From assembly GCA_964016885.1 (NCBI GenBank), contig OZ024743.1, forward strand, positions 308,264,001 through 308,328,000: 64,000 nt of DNA. The letters run 5' to 3'. A program made the position numbers and the translations under genes. A model generated the notes under the pieces. That model was not told the origin of the DNA. It saw only the letters and a program-made list of their open reading frames with translations, and did no database searches. The stretch's first letter is position 1. Every line of letters starts with the position of its first letter. This DNA is from Eledone cirrhosa (lineage: Eukaryota). Positions 1-12,429 of the stretch are shown piece after piece.

Positions 1-10
1 CATATATACA

Positions 11-105
<95 letters not shown>
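1..105. repeat. (TA)n microsatellite (one of many in the window)
   Basis: Near-perfect TA dinucleotide run. Confidence 0.98.
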
Positions 106-108
<3 letters not shown>

Positions 109-320
109 TCATCACCGTTTTACGTCCGTTCTTCCACGCTAGCATGGGTTAGACGGGTTGTCCTGTTGTGGGCAGTGTCTGGTCGGCTGACCATGCTTTG
201 CTCATACGGGAACTGATTCTGGCTTGATTTCTACAGCTGGATGCCCTTCCTAACACCAACCTCATTTACAGTGTGGGCTGGGTGCTTTTTTGCCGTGGCA
301 CCTCCACGACCACCTTGCAG
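106..320 (-). mobile_element. 5'-truncated RTE LINE 3'UTR stub
   Basis: (CAT)n followed by TTCCACGCTAGCATGGGTT...CTACAGCTGGATGCCCTTCCTAACACCAAC, matching the 3'UTR of the full-length RTE at 26194-26590. Similar stubs at ~11200-11470, 12760-13000, 35420-35630, 41000-41290, 42370-42570, 53730-53910, 61065-61220. Confidence 0.8.
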
Positions 321-432
321 TGGGAGGGTGTTGGGGCATATTGTCTATATGCTTCACCTTGTACCCATGGGAGGTCGGGTACTCTGTATTACTGCGTGAC
401 GCCAGAGGTCACGGCCGTGTGTCATCGCCTTT

Positions 433-494
<62 letters not shown>

Positions 495-519
495 ATATTA
501 TATATATATATAAAGAACC

Positions 520-631
520 ATATATCCAGAGAAGACAGTATATTGTACATATACAAAATACATATTATAGATAAGAACATGTACTCAAGATGGAATCAAA
601 AGTGACCCTATACTGTCTTCTCTGGATATAT
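520..631. repeat. Perfect 23-bp inverted repeat next to (TA)n, probable decayed PLE fold-back
   Basis: ATATATCCAGAGAAGACAGTATA (520-542) is the reverse complement of 609-631. Confidence 0.75.
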
Positions 632-847
632 ATCTTCTACTTTTGACTTAATATTGCTCTGGATAATGTCTATTGTGTTAATTTATTGAGAAGCACATAA
701 TTCTAACATATTTAATATGTTACATTTGTGTATATATATATATATATATATGTGTGTATGTAAAAGGTAAACAGAAATAACAACACAAATGGTACAGTAT
801 ATGGAAGGAATATATTAGGTTAACGCTTGAAATAGAAAGAAGAGGGG

Positions 848-881
848 CTTAACGTTTTGGACGCTAGTCCTTCATCAGAAG
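848..881 (-). ncRNA. Minimal type I hammerhead ribozyme motif, decayed (G12>A)
   Basis: Minus strand reads CTT CTGATGA A GGAC TAGC GTCC AAAA CGTT AAG: stem I CTT/AAG, stem II GGAC/GTCC, short palindromic stem III typical of PLE mini-hammerheads. Confidence 0.7.
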
Positions 882-1410
882 GAAAAAATGAGAAATTAGA
901 AAGATTGAAAGGATGGACGGGGTGCAATTAGAAAGAATGTTTTTAGAGAAAAATAACAGGTCCATTCAAATTGTTGATGCTGGCGTTTTGTGTATGATAT
1001 ACTTTTTTTTAGAAAAGTGGATGATGAGCGCGCCTCATATATATATATATATATGGAAAACAAAGAATCAGTGATGCATCGGAACACAATTTATTATGTA
1101 TTACGGCGAACAGCTCGAGGTGCGATCTGTTTGTGGATCGAACCTGACTCTGGATTTGCAAGTTCCTCAGATACGTCTTGTGATTTAGAAGCAAATCCCC
1201 TTTCTGCTGGACTCCGACCCTTCGAATTTCTATCATCTGCCATCATCCTGTTTGCGCGGCCAGTCGATTGCTCATAGGAACAATGCAAAGGGCATACTTA
1301 AAACATATAAAAAGTATATAAAAAATACACATGAGGTTGTACATGAAAAAATACAATAGGCGGTACATAATAGAATACGCAGATAAAATACACACACTAC
1401 ATATATATAT

Positions 1411-1580
1411 ATTCATTTATTAGGGCTAAATAGTGAGTCTTGTTACTCTGGAGTTTCGCCTGTTTATTGCAGGTGAAATTCCAGAGTAACAAGACTCACT
1501 ACTTAGCTTTAATAAAATGAATATTAAAACTCTACTTCGGTATTGAGCACTCTTTTCTCTCAGCTGTCAACCGCATACAT
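1411..1580. mobile_element. PLE-derived fold-back, family B (hammerhead 3' halves head-to-head plus tail)
   Basis: Inverted arms of ~50 bp around 1462-1472 containing GAAA(C/T)TCCAGAGTA, then a tail with the ACTCTAC-TTCG-GTATTGAG hairpin. Homologous to 45550-45735, which keeps the CTGATGA core. Confidence 0.75.
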
Positions 1581-1910
1581 ATACATGTGTATGTGTGTGT
1601 GTGTGTGTGTATTTGTTTTGTAAGATTATTCATGTAAAATAGCGTGTTGAAACAGATATAATATAAACCAGTTTAGTTTCAGTTAGGTTTTATTAGTCAA
1701 GTAACTAATCAATTCATTGGTTGGTTTTCTAATCAGCTGGTTAATTGTCAAAACATGATTAGCATTAAGCTTCTATAATCTTTATGATGGCTGCAAACTC
1801 GTGTTTTTACATCCATTTTTTCCATAATGGCATGGGTTGTACATCATCATCATCATCATCATCATCTTCTTTTAATGTCCATCTTCCACGCTAGCATGGG
1901 TTAGATGAAC

Positions 1911-1967
<57 letters not shown>

Positions 1968-2239
1968 TACATAGGGAGAAGTACACATAGAGATATGTGT
2001 TCAAGAGCTCATTAAATCATGGGGGATGATTGTGGATCTTTAACTCCACTTTGCAATATATATATATATATATCAACCCTTTAAATCCCACCACACTTGT
2101 CATATATTAATGGCATTATACTTGTCATCCTCCCTTCCCACCCACATATTGTTATTCATTCTACTGCCTCTCCCTCTACCATTGCTTCTCAGTAACTATT
2201 CCCACCATCACTGCAGTTTCTAACAAATTCTTACTCACA

Positions 2240-2360
2240 AGACATTGGTCTACCCAAGTCTACAGTAACAACATCTGCCCAAGGTTCTGTACAATAGGAT
2301 TGAACCCAGAACTACATGGTTTCAAAGTAAACTACTTAACCACACAGCCATGCCTGCACC
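2240..2360 (-). mobile_element. tRNA-derived SINE head (second SINE family)
   Basis: Minus strand has A-box-like TGGCTGTGTGGTTAA and B-box-like GGGTTCAATCC. Longer copy at 24295-24630, fragments near 8440-8590 and 14635-14720. Confidence 0.65.
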
Positions 2361-2442
2361 TATTTGTTTGTTTTCTTCATACTGTCATTTTTTCTTCCTC
2401 ACATCCTGGTATATAATATCATCATCATATGATATGATTCAT

Positions 2443-2484
<42 letters not shown>

Positions 2485-2488
<4 letters not shown>

Positions 2489-2598
2489 TCCTATGCGAGC
2501 AAGACAAACACTCTTGCCTCAAGTGGGAAAACCCCCGTCCAAACCCATGCAAACGTGGAACACGGACGTTAAACGTTGATGATGATGATGATGATGAT
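2485..2598 (+). mobile_element. Very short 3' stub of the young RTE family with (GAT)n tail, inserted in (TA)n
   Basis: Near-identical to the reverse complement of 29837-29950. Confidence 0.9.
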
Positions 2599-2736
2599 AT
2601 ATATATACATATATATATATTTATGTATGAATGCATATATACACACACATATATACGCAGGACATGGCAGCGATAATGAGGGACAGAGACCGCTGGAGAG
2701 AACTCGTCCATGGATCTCGGGAGTTTTACCCGCCTT

Positions 2737-2809
<73 letters not shown>

Positions 2810-3235
2810 TCTGTGAATGAGGGAAGTCAGAGCACGTGAATGGAGAAGTTGTAGAATCTGGACAAAAACTAAAAAAAAAATGTCACCGACTCATCTCAAT
2901 AAATATTAGACACTGGTTTTAACACTTTTGTACCTCTATTTCTAATTGAAAGACATTTTCAAATAATTTGGAAAATGACTTTAAGATACTTGTTGTTGTT
3001 ATGTTGCAGAACAAAAAACTTGAGATGATAGGACAAAAATAAAAATAAATGCAATTTGAGGGTATCAGTGCTGCCCCACCCCCCTCAAAACTTGCAATTT
3101 GAGAGTGTCAGTGCCCCCTCCCCTCCTAAAGAAATGTAATTTGGGGGTTCCAGTGCCTTCCCCCAATGCAATTTGGGTGTGTCAGTGAGTGCCTTCCCCT
3201 AAAAAAATGCAATTTTGAAGGTGTCATTAATGATA

Positions 3236-3400
3236 ATTATAATAATTAAAATCATTGTGTACAGTGCTCATGTGCACTACAACTCATCAAAGGTGCATGT
3301 ATTGTACATAGAATAATGTACAAAAGTCAGGAAAGGGGACAGTATATGAGTCATGATGTACATACAAACACATACACACACATGTGTGCATGTGTACATT
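3236..3400 (-). mobile_element. CR1-type LINE 3' tail
   Basis: Reverse complement matches the 3'UTR and (ATT)n tail at 14480-14626. Other copies at 20576-20652 (+) and 56965-57160 (-). Confidence 0.8.
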
Positions 3401-3537
3401 ATTAAGTTGGTGTTTTAGAAAGTAAGGGGTAGACTCTATTGTTATATAAGCTGGTGTTGTTGTTGTTTAGTAGTTACTGATATTGTTAAGTGACTTTTAT
3501 AACTTATTCACCTTCTCTTGCCACTACATTCAATATC

Positions 3538-3880
3538 TTAACGGACAGTCTGCCTCGTGGTCCTGGCTGACAGGATGGAGAAGACATTGCCTCGGAGGAA
3601 GGCAAGGGAGAAGCACTGGAACAGCCATATCCACTTCGTAGTCCTAGTAGACAGGATGGAGAAGACATTGCCTCGGAGGAAGGCAAGGGAGAAGCACTGG
3701 AACAGCCATTTCACTTTGTGGTCACAGCCGTCAGGATGGAGAAGACATTGTCCTTGAGGATAGGGAGGTGGACATGCTAGAACAGCCACTCCATGTTGTG
3801 GCCACAGCCAACAGGATGGAGAAGACATTGCTTCTGAGAAGGGTGGGGGAGATGTGCTGGAACAGCCACTCCACCTTCAT
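3538..3880 (-). repeat. 4 x 80-81 bp tandem repeat derived from the C-terminus of a CRE-like non-LTR ORF
   Basis: CAGGATGGAGAAGACATTG recurs at 3571, 3652, 3732 and 3812. Units translate as WLFQCFSLAFLRGNVFSILS, which aligns with WLLQRVSLAIVHGNAFAALS at 20953-21174. Confidence 0.75.
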
Positions 3881-4615
3881 AAGTTAATAAACTCTTCCTC
3901 CACCTTCTTCCTTACAAAATTATGGACTACATAACAAAGGAGAAATGGAGTGACAGAAGCAGTGGTATGTTGTACAAAATTAGGAGCATAACAATGAGGG
4001 AGTAGAGGAATGAAGTTGCCCCTGGGTGCATAACTTCTTCTGGCTTATTATGCCTATTAATTAAAAGGCAAGTGTGTGCAATACATGATTTTGCCTATCC
4101 CCTCAAGGGTGCTGATAGCTTTTAATGTGTCACTTACTTGATGTCGTGGGAATGATGTATGCCAACAATGAGGATTCTTGGACTTAACTGGGCCCAAATT
4201 ATTATGCCCTGATTACCAGGGTTATGTTAGGTTAAAAATGGGTTTATACAGTTATCATAGACCAAGGATTCTCAACCTGAGGTAAATTTATTTCCAGGGA
4301 ACAAATTTACTTTTTAAAAATTGCTACAGAGCAAATGGGATGAAAAAGTTGGGAATCCCAGGCATAGATGAATTCAATGGAATCAAACTCTCAACGCCAA
4401 GAGATGCCAATGAGGATGATGATGTGAGGGTTGTATGGGGCCAGTTTGGTCAGTTTAATTGAATCTGCTCCATCACTATCTTTCTTTCAAGGTTGTGGAC
4501 CTGTGAACAAAAATATTATATATTTCTCAAAGTTTATGACCTTCTACCAAACATATGGATTAACATCATGTGTGAAGCTTGAATTTTCGAACTTACAAAG
4601 CGTTGAGGAAATATA

Positions 4616-4826
4616 TTTATAAGAAGATGTAGGAAGCTCAGATGCAGAAAATAACTGCAATTACAGTCAGTTATTTTGAAATAGCTTATAAAAATGTTGC
4701 CAGTGAGCATTGGCAACATTTTTCTGTCTCTAGAGTTCATTACCCAATATTTATAAGCAATTTTATGGCAACTGACCATAATTGCAGCTATTTTGTATGT
4801 CTGTGCTTCCTACACATTCTTATAAA
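4616..4826. mobile_element. Fold-back MITE-like element
   Basis: Imperfect terminal inverted repeats of ~55 bp (TTTATAAGAAGATGTAGGAAGC.../...GCTTCCTACACATTCTTATAAA) and an inner palindrome AAAATGTTGCCA/TGGCAACATTTT. No hammerhead core seen. Confidence 0.65.
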
Positions 4827-7559
4827 AAGGGATTGATATAATGTGTTGGACTTCTGCTAGTTCCAACAAGAGTTCCAGTTATTTGAACAATGACCAGCCT
4901 GCACATGAAATTAAAGGCTGAGCCTTCCATAGACACATGCACCATTAATGTAGTTTTCAGGGAGATTCCCTATGGTACACATTGTATCATGGCTGGCCCA
5001 TTGAATCACAAGTACAACACATTATTGCCAAATGAAGTGAATTATGATTTATAAGTTGTGACTTTTATTGAGCAAGGAGCATGCTACTAGAGAACTGAGT
5101 TTCTATTACCACCATCTCAACTTTGCCTTTCATCCATTCAAGGTCAATAAAAAATGTACCAGTCTAGTACTGGGGTCGATTTTCCCTCTATATCTCTTTC
5201 CCACTTCCATTCTTTCATTCTTTATCCTTCTCTGGCCCTGCCAGGTTTTAAAATGCTTTAGAAATGTTGTGCGTCAATACAGCACCCAACGACTGCCTCA
5301 GGAGTTACAGGAACTTAGAGAATCACCACCATCTATACTAAAATAGTAAAAACGTCCAAAATTTACTAAATTTCAGTAAAGTCAAAACACAAATTTGTTC
5401 TTAAGTTGTGTCGGAATTTCAAGGCCATCTTAATGACAGTCAAATCTTGGAAAGGTCATAAATTAAGTTGGTTGATTCTAAGAGAAGCCTTGACATTTGA
5501 AAACTGTGTAGATTGTGTTGTGGCATGTATGAGATGAAGCTCAAATGATGTTGAAATATTGTAACAGTTAAATTTTGATTTCCAAATTTTAATGTTAACA
5601 TTCTTAATTTTAATAAATCTTTTTTTTTTCTGCTGGTATCTTGAGGTATTTGAAGATATTACAACTCTTATTGTCTTTGCTTAACTCTTTCATTACCATA
5701 TTTCAAATGAAAGACATTGCATATGATTTTCAAATAATTTTGAAAATAGTAAAGAACTTGGAAAGACTTAGTAAAATAACTAACTCTCTCATTACTGAGC
5801 TCATGTTTGGAGCATAACATAACAAAGGTTCTTAAATAAAATTACGAGGGAAGGTTTTCAGATTAACATAGACATTTTAAAACATGTAGAATTATGATAA
5901 TTATTTACTTATTTATTTAATCAATTCAAACATCTGCATAGAGCTAGTAAGCCATAACAAACTAGGGGAAGTATCTAGTACTTCTTATAGTTAAGAAACA
6001 AAAACGATAGAGATAAGTAAAAATAAAAATAAAAATGTAAAATAGGGAAGGCCCATGGGAGGCAGAATAAGCATAAAAAAGAAAAGAAAGGAAAAATTGA
6101 AAAGAAGGGAAGCTGTAAAGCAGCTAGAAGTTTCTGCAGTTTGTAATCAAAAGAGTTAACTCAACACAATTTCATATTTTCGAAAAGTTTCCTTCTAACA
6201 CCAGAGTTGTTCTTTTCCTTTTCAAAACTTAATAAAGACTAATATAAGCCATAATATAGGTAGGGTAAAAAAGAAAAACCCATCAGTTTTCAAACAAACA
6301 TTGGTAAAAAATCTATGTAGGCATTTGATATAAAATTATGAAGTAAACAATAATAATAGTCGATGATACTATTTGTCTTTGTGTTAAACACAACTTTAAT
6401 GTTAGTTTTGATGACACAGTCAGGCAACAAATAAGGTTTGGTGGCCTTTGACTACACTCAACCTCTGATTTGACATTGCTAACCTCTCTTTCCTCCATTA
6501 TCTCCTGTCATGTCTTCATTTATGAGGTTTTCTGTAACACATATGAACCTAATGTGAACTGAGAACTAAAACCATCTCTGGCCATCTGGGTTAATGATGG
6601 CTTCACTGTCCTCCAGTCCACAATGGGCCTCAAATGACATCAAATGCAGTTCAGCCTACACAAGGATTGAGTTTTCCTTCCACTATCTCTGTGTGGCTCC
6701 ACAACCAAACAGTTGCAAATGGTTCAGTTTGGTACCCTCTTTATCAACCAGTATCATTCTTGATGATGTGTATACTAGCATTGGAATTACCCTACAGCTT
6801 GGCATTTGCATATATGACCTACACAAGTTCCATTGTGGACTACTGACCATGTATTGGGACTACACCTGTTCTGTGTGAGCCACACAAGCTCCATTGTGTA
6901 TTAATGCCCATGTATTTTTTCAACTAAGCTGTTTATATAGTTTCAAGAGAGGCAAGGAAAGAGAGGTGAGCAAGAGGAAGAGAGGAGAATGTTGAAGAGG
7001 AGACAGGTTGGGGGAGAGGAGAGTGGGGTATTTTTCAACTAAACTATTTTCATAGATGAGAGAGAGGAGGGTGGGGGACCTATTATTTAATATTTCCTAT
7101 ATTTCAGTGAATTTCTGGAGTTGATTTTTCCTCTACACCTCTTTCTCACTTCCAATCTCTCACTTTCTAGCCTTCTCTGGAAGAAATCTACAGTATTCAG
7201 ATCTGGAAAGGAGATGGGCTCCTCCAGGTTTAAAAATGGTTTAAACATGGCAGAGCCCATCCCTCTGCAGATTTCTTCCAGAGAAGGATAGAAAGTGAGA
7301 GAGAGGAAGTGAGAAAGAGATATAGAGAAAGAATCAACCCCAGTACTGGACTGGTACATTTTTATCAACCCAGAAAGGATGAAAGGCAAAGTTGACCTTG
7401 GTCTTGGTGGAATTTGAACTCAGAAAGCAGTGAGCTGAAACGAATACCCCAAAGCATTCTACCTAACGTTGTATGACTTTGCCAATTCCTTGGACATGGA
7501 TAGTTGGTAGTAAAAGCACTAGTGTGATAAGCCTTTCTCAATGCCATGATGGTACTATA

Positions 7560-8230
7560 AAAGTAGTTGATAGTTTTAGCTAGAGTCAGTAGAGGAGGTT
7601 ATTCTGAAAATGTAGTGGCGAGAATGAGAAGTAGTTCGAAAAAGTTCAGAGAGCTACTACCTTTGTTGTCAACAAAGGTATTTTCTTTCTGAATGAAGGG
7701 TAAATTGTATGGTGCCTGTGAGAGGAATGCAGTATTGCATAATAGTGAAATAGTGATAAACATAGAAAATATGTGGATACTAGAGAGAAATGAAACGAAC
7801 ATTCGCTGTTGGATATGTAATGTTAGTTAGTGTTTATGAGTGACGGGGCATTGATGAACTGAGAGAAAAACTGGATATAAGAGAAATCAGATGTAGTGTG
7901 TAAGAGAGAAGACTGCACTGGTATAGACAGGTGATGCATAAGGTTGATGGTTGCTGGGTGTAGAAATGCTAGGAGATACCAGTGGAAGAAAGTTGCAGTA
8001 AAGGAAGACCAAGGAAGACCTGGCTAGAGGTGATTAGAGCAGATCTCAAAACACTGAACTTTACAGAAGAGATGCTAGTGGAAGAAAATTCCAATAGATG
8101 AAGACCAAGAAAACCTGATGAGAGGTGGTGAGAGCTTATCTCAAGACACAGAACTTTATAGAAAAAAGATGATCAAGGAATGCAACAATATTGGGCTGGC
8201 TGTGTTGGAATAGACTCATCTAACCTATGA
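7560..8230 (+). pseudogene. Highly decayed RTE LINE C-terminal fragment
   Basis: Residual KLYGAC..., LERNE and RGRPRKTW-like codons resembling the 1056-aa ORF C-terminus. Confidence 0.6.
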
Positions 8231-8591
8231 TGAAAGAAGGAAGTTATAGACTGCATTAGACATGTACAGTACCAAGAGAATGAAGTTGTTTTAAATTTCA
8301 CTTGACCTGTAGCCCACCTGTCAGAAGTATACTTGTAAACTAAATTATACATATTTGGGGCTTTTGTTTCTTTTATGTTTCTTATTTTTATTTTTTATTT
8401 ATTTATTTTTTTTTTTATTGCAAGTCTTTAATTCTTTTATTAGATAGTGGCCATGCTGGAACACTGCTTTAGTCGATTATATTGACACTGCTCCTTTTAT
8501 TCAAGTCTGGTATATATTTTATTATATCTATTTTTGTTGAACTGTTTAGCTACAGGATCTAAAAAGAAAGTAAATGTAAGCACAGACACAC

Positions 8592-8622
<31 letters not shown>

Positions 8623-8654
8623 TGTATGTATGTATGTATGTATGTATGTATGTA

Positions 8655-10075
8655 TTGCATTCAGGAATTGCGAGCATGGTGTTTACATCCGATATCGAAC
8701 CTCAGGCAGCATATTTAACATCAGGCGCTTTGCTGTGAAGACAAAAGTGTTTACATCAATCATAAGAGACCTCTTGTATGCAGATGATTGCGATCTTGTA
8801 GCGCACACAGAGAGTGATATGCAGCACATTTTGAATGCATTTTCTGACGCTTGCACTGCCCTAGGTCTGACTGTCAGTCTCAAGAAAACCGTCGTCATGT
8901 ACCAACCTGCCCCTGGTAAGCAGTACACTGAACCAAACATCTATGTGTATGGCAAACGACTTGGAGTGGTTGATCAGTTTGTCTACCTGGGAAGCACTGT
9001 CAATCAATACAGCAACCTTGACAGTGAAATCTCACTTAGGATTAGGAAAGCAAGTGATGCTTTCGGAAAGCTAGAAAGGCGACTCTGGGGTCGGCGAGAC
9101 ATATGCAGGAGGACAAAGGTAAAGGTGTACAGGGCATGTGTGCTCTCTTGTCTTCTTTATGCCTGCGAGACCTGGGTCACATATCGACACCACCTTAAGC
9201 AATTGGAGCGTTTCCATCAGATGTGTCTCAGACGGATCCATGGCGTTCACTGGAGGGACCACAGATGTCGAGATTTTGGAAAGCTCTATGTGTGACAGTA
9301 TAGAAGCTCTTGTGCTTAAGCAACGACTCCGTTGGAGTGGGCACCTTGCCAGGATGAAGGATTCTAGAATACCAAAACAACTCTTTTATTAAAGGAAAAC
9401 GACCGCCACATAAACCAAAAAAGAGGTATAAGGATTCCTTGAAAGCCTCTCTGAAAGACGCTAACATCTCTGCTGATACATGGGAGAATATTGCTGCTGA
9501 TCGTAATAAATGAAGAAAGACTGTATATGAGGGAAAAGTTGCCTTTGAGGCATCTCGAATCGCATACGAGAAAGTAAAGCGGGATGTGAGGAAGGGCATT
9601 GCTGTTGCACTTCCAGACGGCGAGGGTCCTCCTATGGTGCTGACATGCAGCGTATGTGTGAGACTCTGCCTAAGCAAAGCTGGACTCGAAAGTCATCTTC
9701 GCAGTCATAAAGTAAGACCAGTGGTTGACTACCAGGCTGCTGTTGGAGATGCTACTCATCATGCTTGCCAAACATGTGGTAGAGAATGTAAATCAGCAGG
9801 AGGGCTCAAGCGACATGCAAAAGTACATGAACTCCAACCACAGCCGACAAGTGAATGATTTGGTTGCCGACTCTGTGCAAGACATTTTAGATCATTGGCT
9901 GGGCTAAAAAGCCACATTCGATCGCAGCGCTGTTAGTTGCTATTGTGTGTGTGTGTGTGTAGATACGCTTATGTGTGTGCGTGTGTATGTATATATATAT
10001 GTATATGTATATTATTATTGTTGTTGTCGTTATTATTATTGTTGTTATTATTATTATTATTATTATTGTTATTAA

Positions 10076-10118
<43 letters not shown>

Positions 10119-10119
10119 G

Positions 10120-10150
<31 letters not shown>

Positions 10151-10258
10151 CTTTTTTTTCTTCTTTTTTTTTATTATTATTATTATTTTTTTTTTTTTTT
10201 TTTTTCTCGTGCAATGGCCAAACTCGATAACGAGGGCGCAGCCATCATCATGTATGTA
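8655..10258 (+). mobile_element. 5'-truncated RTE (BovB-like) LINE with three C-terminal C2H2 fingers, inserted in (TGTA)n
   Basis: RT motifs LLYADDCDL, FVYLGS, LLYACETW and LRWSGHLARM with frameshifts and stops. Zinc fingers at ~9640-9935. 3' end GCAGCCATCATCATGTATGTA, duplicated at 10624-10700. Confidence 0.92.
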
Positions 10259-10343
10259 ATATTATTGTTATTAATGTATGTGTGTGTGTATATGTGTGTG
10301 TGTGTATATGTGTATGTATGTGTGTATGTATATATATATATAT

Positions 10344-10532
10344 ATAGGAACAAGTAAGACCCCGACGGCTAAGCTCAAGCCGTTTCGACGGCTAATTCCA
10401 GAATTAGCCGTCGAAACGGCTTGAGCTCAGCCGTCGGGGTCTTACTTGTTCCTATTACCCACTCTACTACCCTAAGTATCGAGTACTTTGGTGTGTTATG
10501 GTCCACCTGGTTCCTTACCACATTTCCTTCGT
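10344..10532. mobile_element. PLE family A miniature fold-back (hammerhead 3' halves plus tail)
   Basis: 55-bp arms 10344-10398/10401-10455 with one mismatch, then a 77-nt tail. Flanked by (TA)n. Matches 59566-59697. Confidence 0.88.
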
Positions 10533-10588
10533 TATATATATATATATATATATATTTCTTTTTTTTTTTTTTATTATTTTCTTTTTTA

Positions 10589-10619
<31 letters not shown>

Positions 10620-10703
10620 CCTTGTGCAATGGCTATACTCGATAACGAGGGGGCAGCCATCATCATGTATGTATGTATGTATGTATGTATGTATGTATGT
10701 ATG

Positions 10704-11150
10704 TTCTACTTCTGGTTTTATAATTTTATAAATTTTTCCAATAGAGAGAGAGTCGGTTTCTAACATAGACTCTCTCATTGGAATTTACACAACATCAACT
10801 AGGTAGATATGTATACATGTCTGCATGCAGGTATGGGTGTTATTGTATGTGTGGATGTGTATCTTTTTAGTAATATGTGTGCATGTGTATATGCTTTGTA
10901 TCTGTACATGTGTATATGCAGTTATTAGATGCAGAATTTTTGGAATGCTTGACATATTTTTACTGTTCCATTAATGGATTGTACTTGTAATTTCCTAACT
11001 AGTTGTGTTCTTTCTGTTCCTGTGAAGCCTAGCTTCTCAAGATTTGTATTGAGGCAGTTACTAACATGTCCCAGTGCCCCAATAATCACAGGCATAAATC
11101 TGAAGGTATAGTCAGGGTGGAGTATCTGTTGATTTCTCATTAGTTCTGCT
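10704..11150 (-). mobile_element. 3' end of a restriction-like-endonuclease non-LTR element (R4/Dong-like)
   Basis: FMPVIIGALGHV...LEKLG...LQVQSINGTVKICQAF is a typical RLE C-terminus. Both ends abut (TGTA)n. Confidence 0.7.
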
Positions 11151-11196
11151 TGTATGTATGTATGTATTATAGACATAGAACACATATATATGTATA

Positions 11197-12015
11197 TCAT
11201 CATCATCATCATCATCATTATCACCATTTAATGTTCATTTTTCCATGCTAGTGTGGGTTAAATGAGTTGTCTGTTGTGAAACAAGCCAGATCAGATGACC
11301 ATGTCTTGCTTATACAGAAATGATTTTGGCTTGGTTTCTATGGCTGGATGCCCTTCCTAATGCCAACCACATTTACTGTGTGTACTGGGTATTTTGTCAT
11401 GTCACCAACACAACTACTTTACAATGTGGACTGGCGCTTTTTGTTGTGACACCAAAACGACCACTTTACAGTGTTGACTAGGGGTTAGGAGGGAAAAGGT
11501 GCATGGGGTTAGGAGCAGTAGATCTAGGGGTGAGGAATTTATCAGGTAAGGGGGGGAGTAGAGATGTGGGTGAAGGGTGTGGTGTTAGGACGGGGGAGGG
11601 GAATGTATGGGAAAGTGGTTCATACTAAATGTATGCTTCAACCTGTGCACATGAGTAGGCAGGTCTTCTGTATTGCTGCATATTTCCAAAGATCTCGATC
11701 CTGTGTCATCGCCATTGAGAGTGCGATTATGCAAGGTTATCCTTTATCACCTCATCTCAAGTCTTTCTATGTCTTCCTACACCATAGCTTCCATCAACTT
11801 TGAGTACCCTGCACCTTTTTATACAGCTATCATAATTCATATGCATCACATGTCCATACCAACACAATCTCCTCACCTGCACACTGCATCTGATCCCTCT
11901 CATACCCAGTTTCTCTCTCAGTTCATTTATGTTTTGCCATTCAGGTATATTACTATTGCACATCCAATGAAGCATGCAAGCTTCATTTCTTTCCAATCTT
12001 TGCAGGTCCTCTGCT
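11197..12015 (-). mobile_element. Older 5'-truncated copy of the RTE family
   Basis: ERNEACMLHWMCNSNI...WYGHVMHM...GRHRKT, followed by the 3'UTR and (GAT)n tail. Confidence 0.88.
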
Positions 12016-12024
12016 CACAGAGAA

Positions 12025-12412
12025 AAATTAGAAGTGTCTCTCCTTAGGGCATCAACATATGTTAACCTTGGTCTTCCTCTTCCAGTGTGTCCATGCAGGG
12101 GCTCCCACAGGAGCACTGAGTGCAGTGTCAACTCTGGGTGTTGGTGAGCATGTCCAGCTAACCTCAGTCTCCTCTGTGTCACTTTCGAGGTGACTTTTGG
12201 GAGGCTCCCATACAGCTCTGAGTTCTTCATCCTCGGTGTATACTGATTAATGTTCAGAGCCATCCTCAGCATTCTCGTGTAGCACCCATCCACCATCTGA
12301 GTGAGTTTCTTGGTCAGTGTCCAAGTCTCAGACCCATACAGTAGCACAGACTCCACTACAGCAATGAAGAGGAAGATCTTCAGTTCTTTACGAAGGTCCA
12401 ACTTCCACACCG
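12025..12412 (-). pseudogene. Fragment of a different RTE-type LINE ORF
   Basis: VESVLLYGSETWTLTKK...DGCYTRMLRMAL...RRLRLAGH...GRGRPRLTY. Confidence 0.85.
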
Positions 12413-12429
12413 ATTTTTTAATTTTTTGT

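Noticed and set aside
3560-3880. Repeat with variable interspaces resembling a CRISPR array
   Set aside because: Eukaryotic context, homologous interspaces and no cas genes. Explained as tandem copies of a retroelement C-terminus.
9937-10778. ORFs rich in YI, CV, HT, poly-F or poly-L (also near 290, 2350, 34356, 41681, 49041, 50836)
   Set aside because: Translations of microsatellites.
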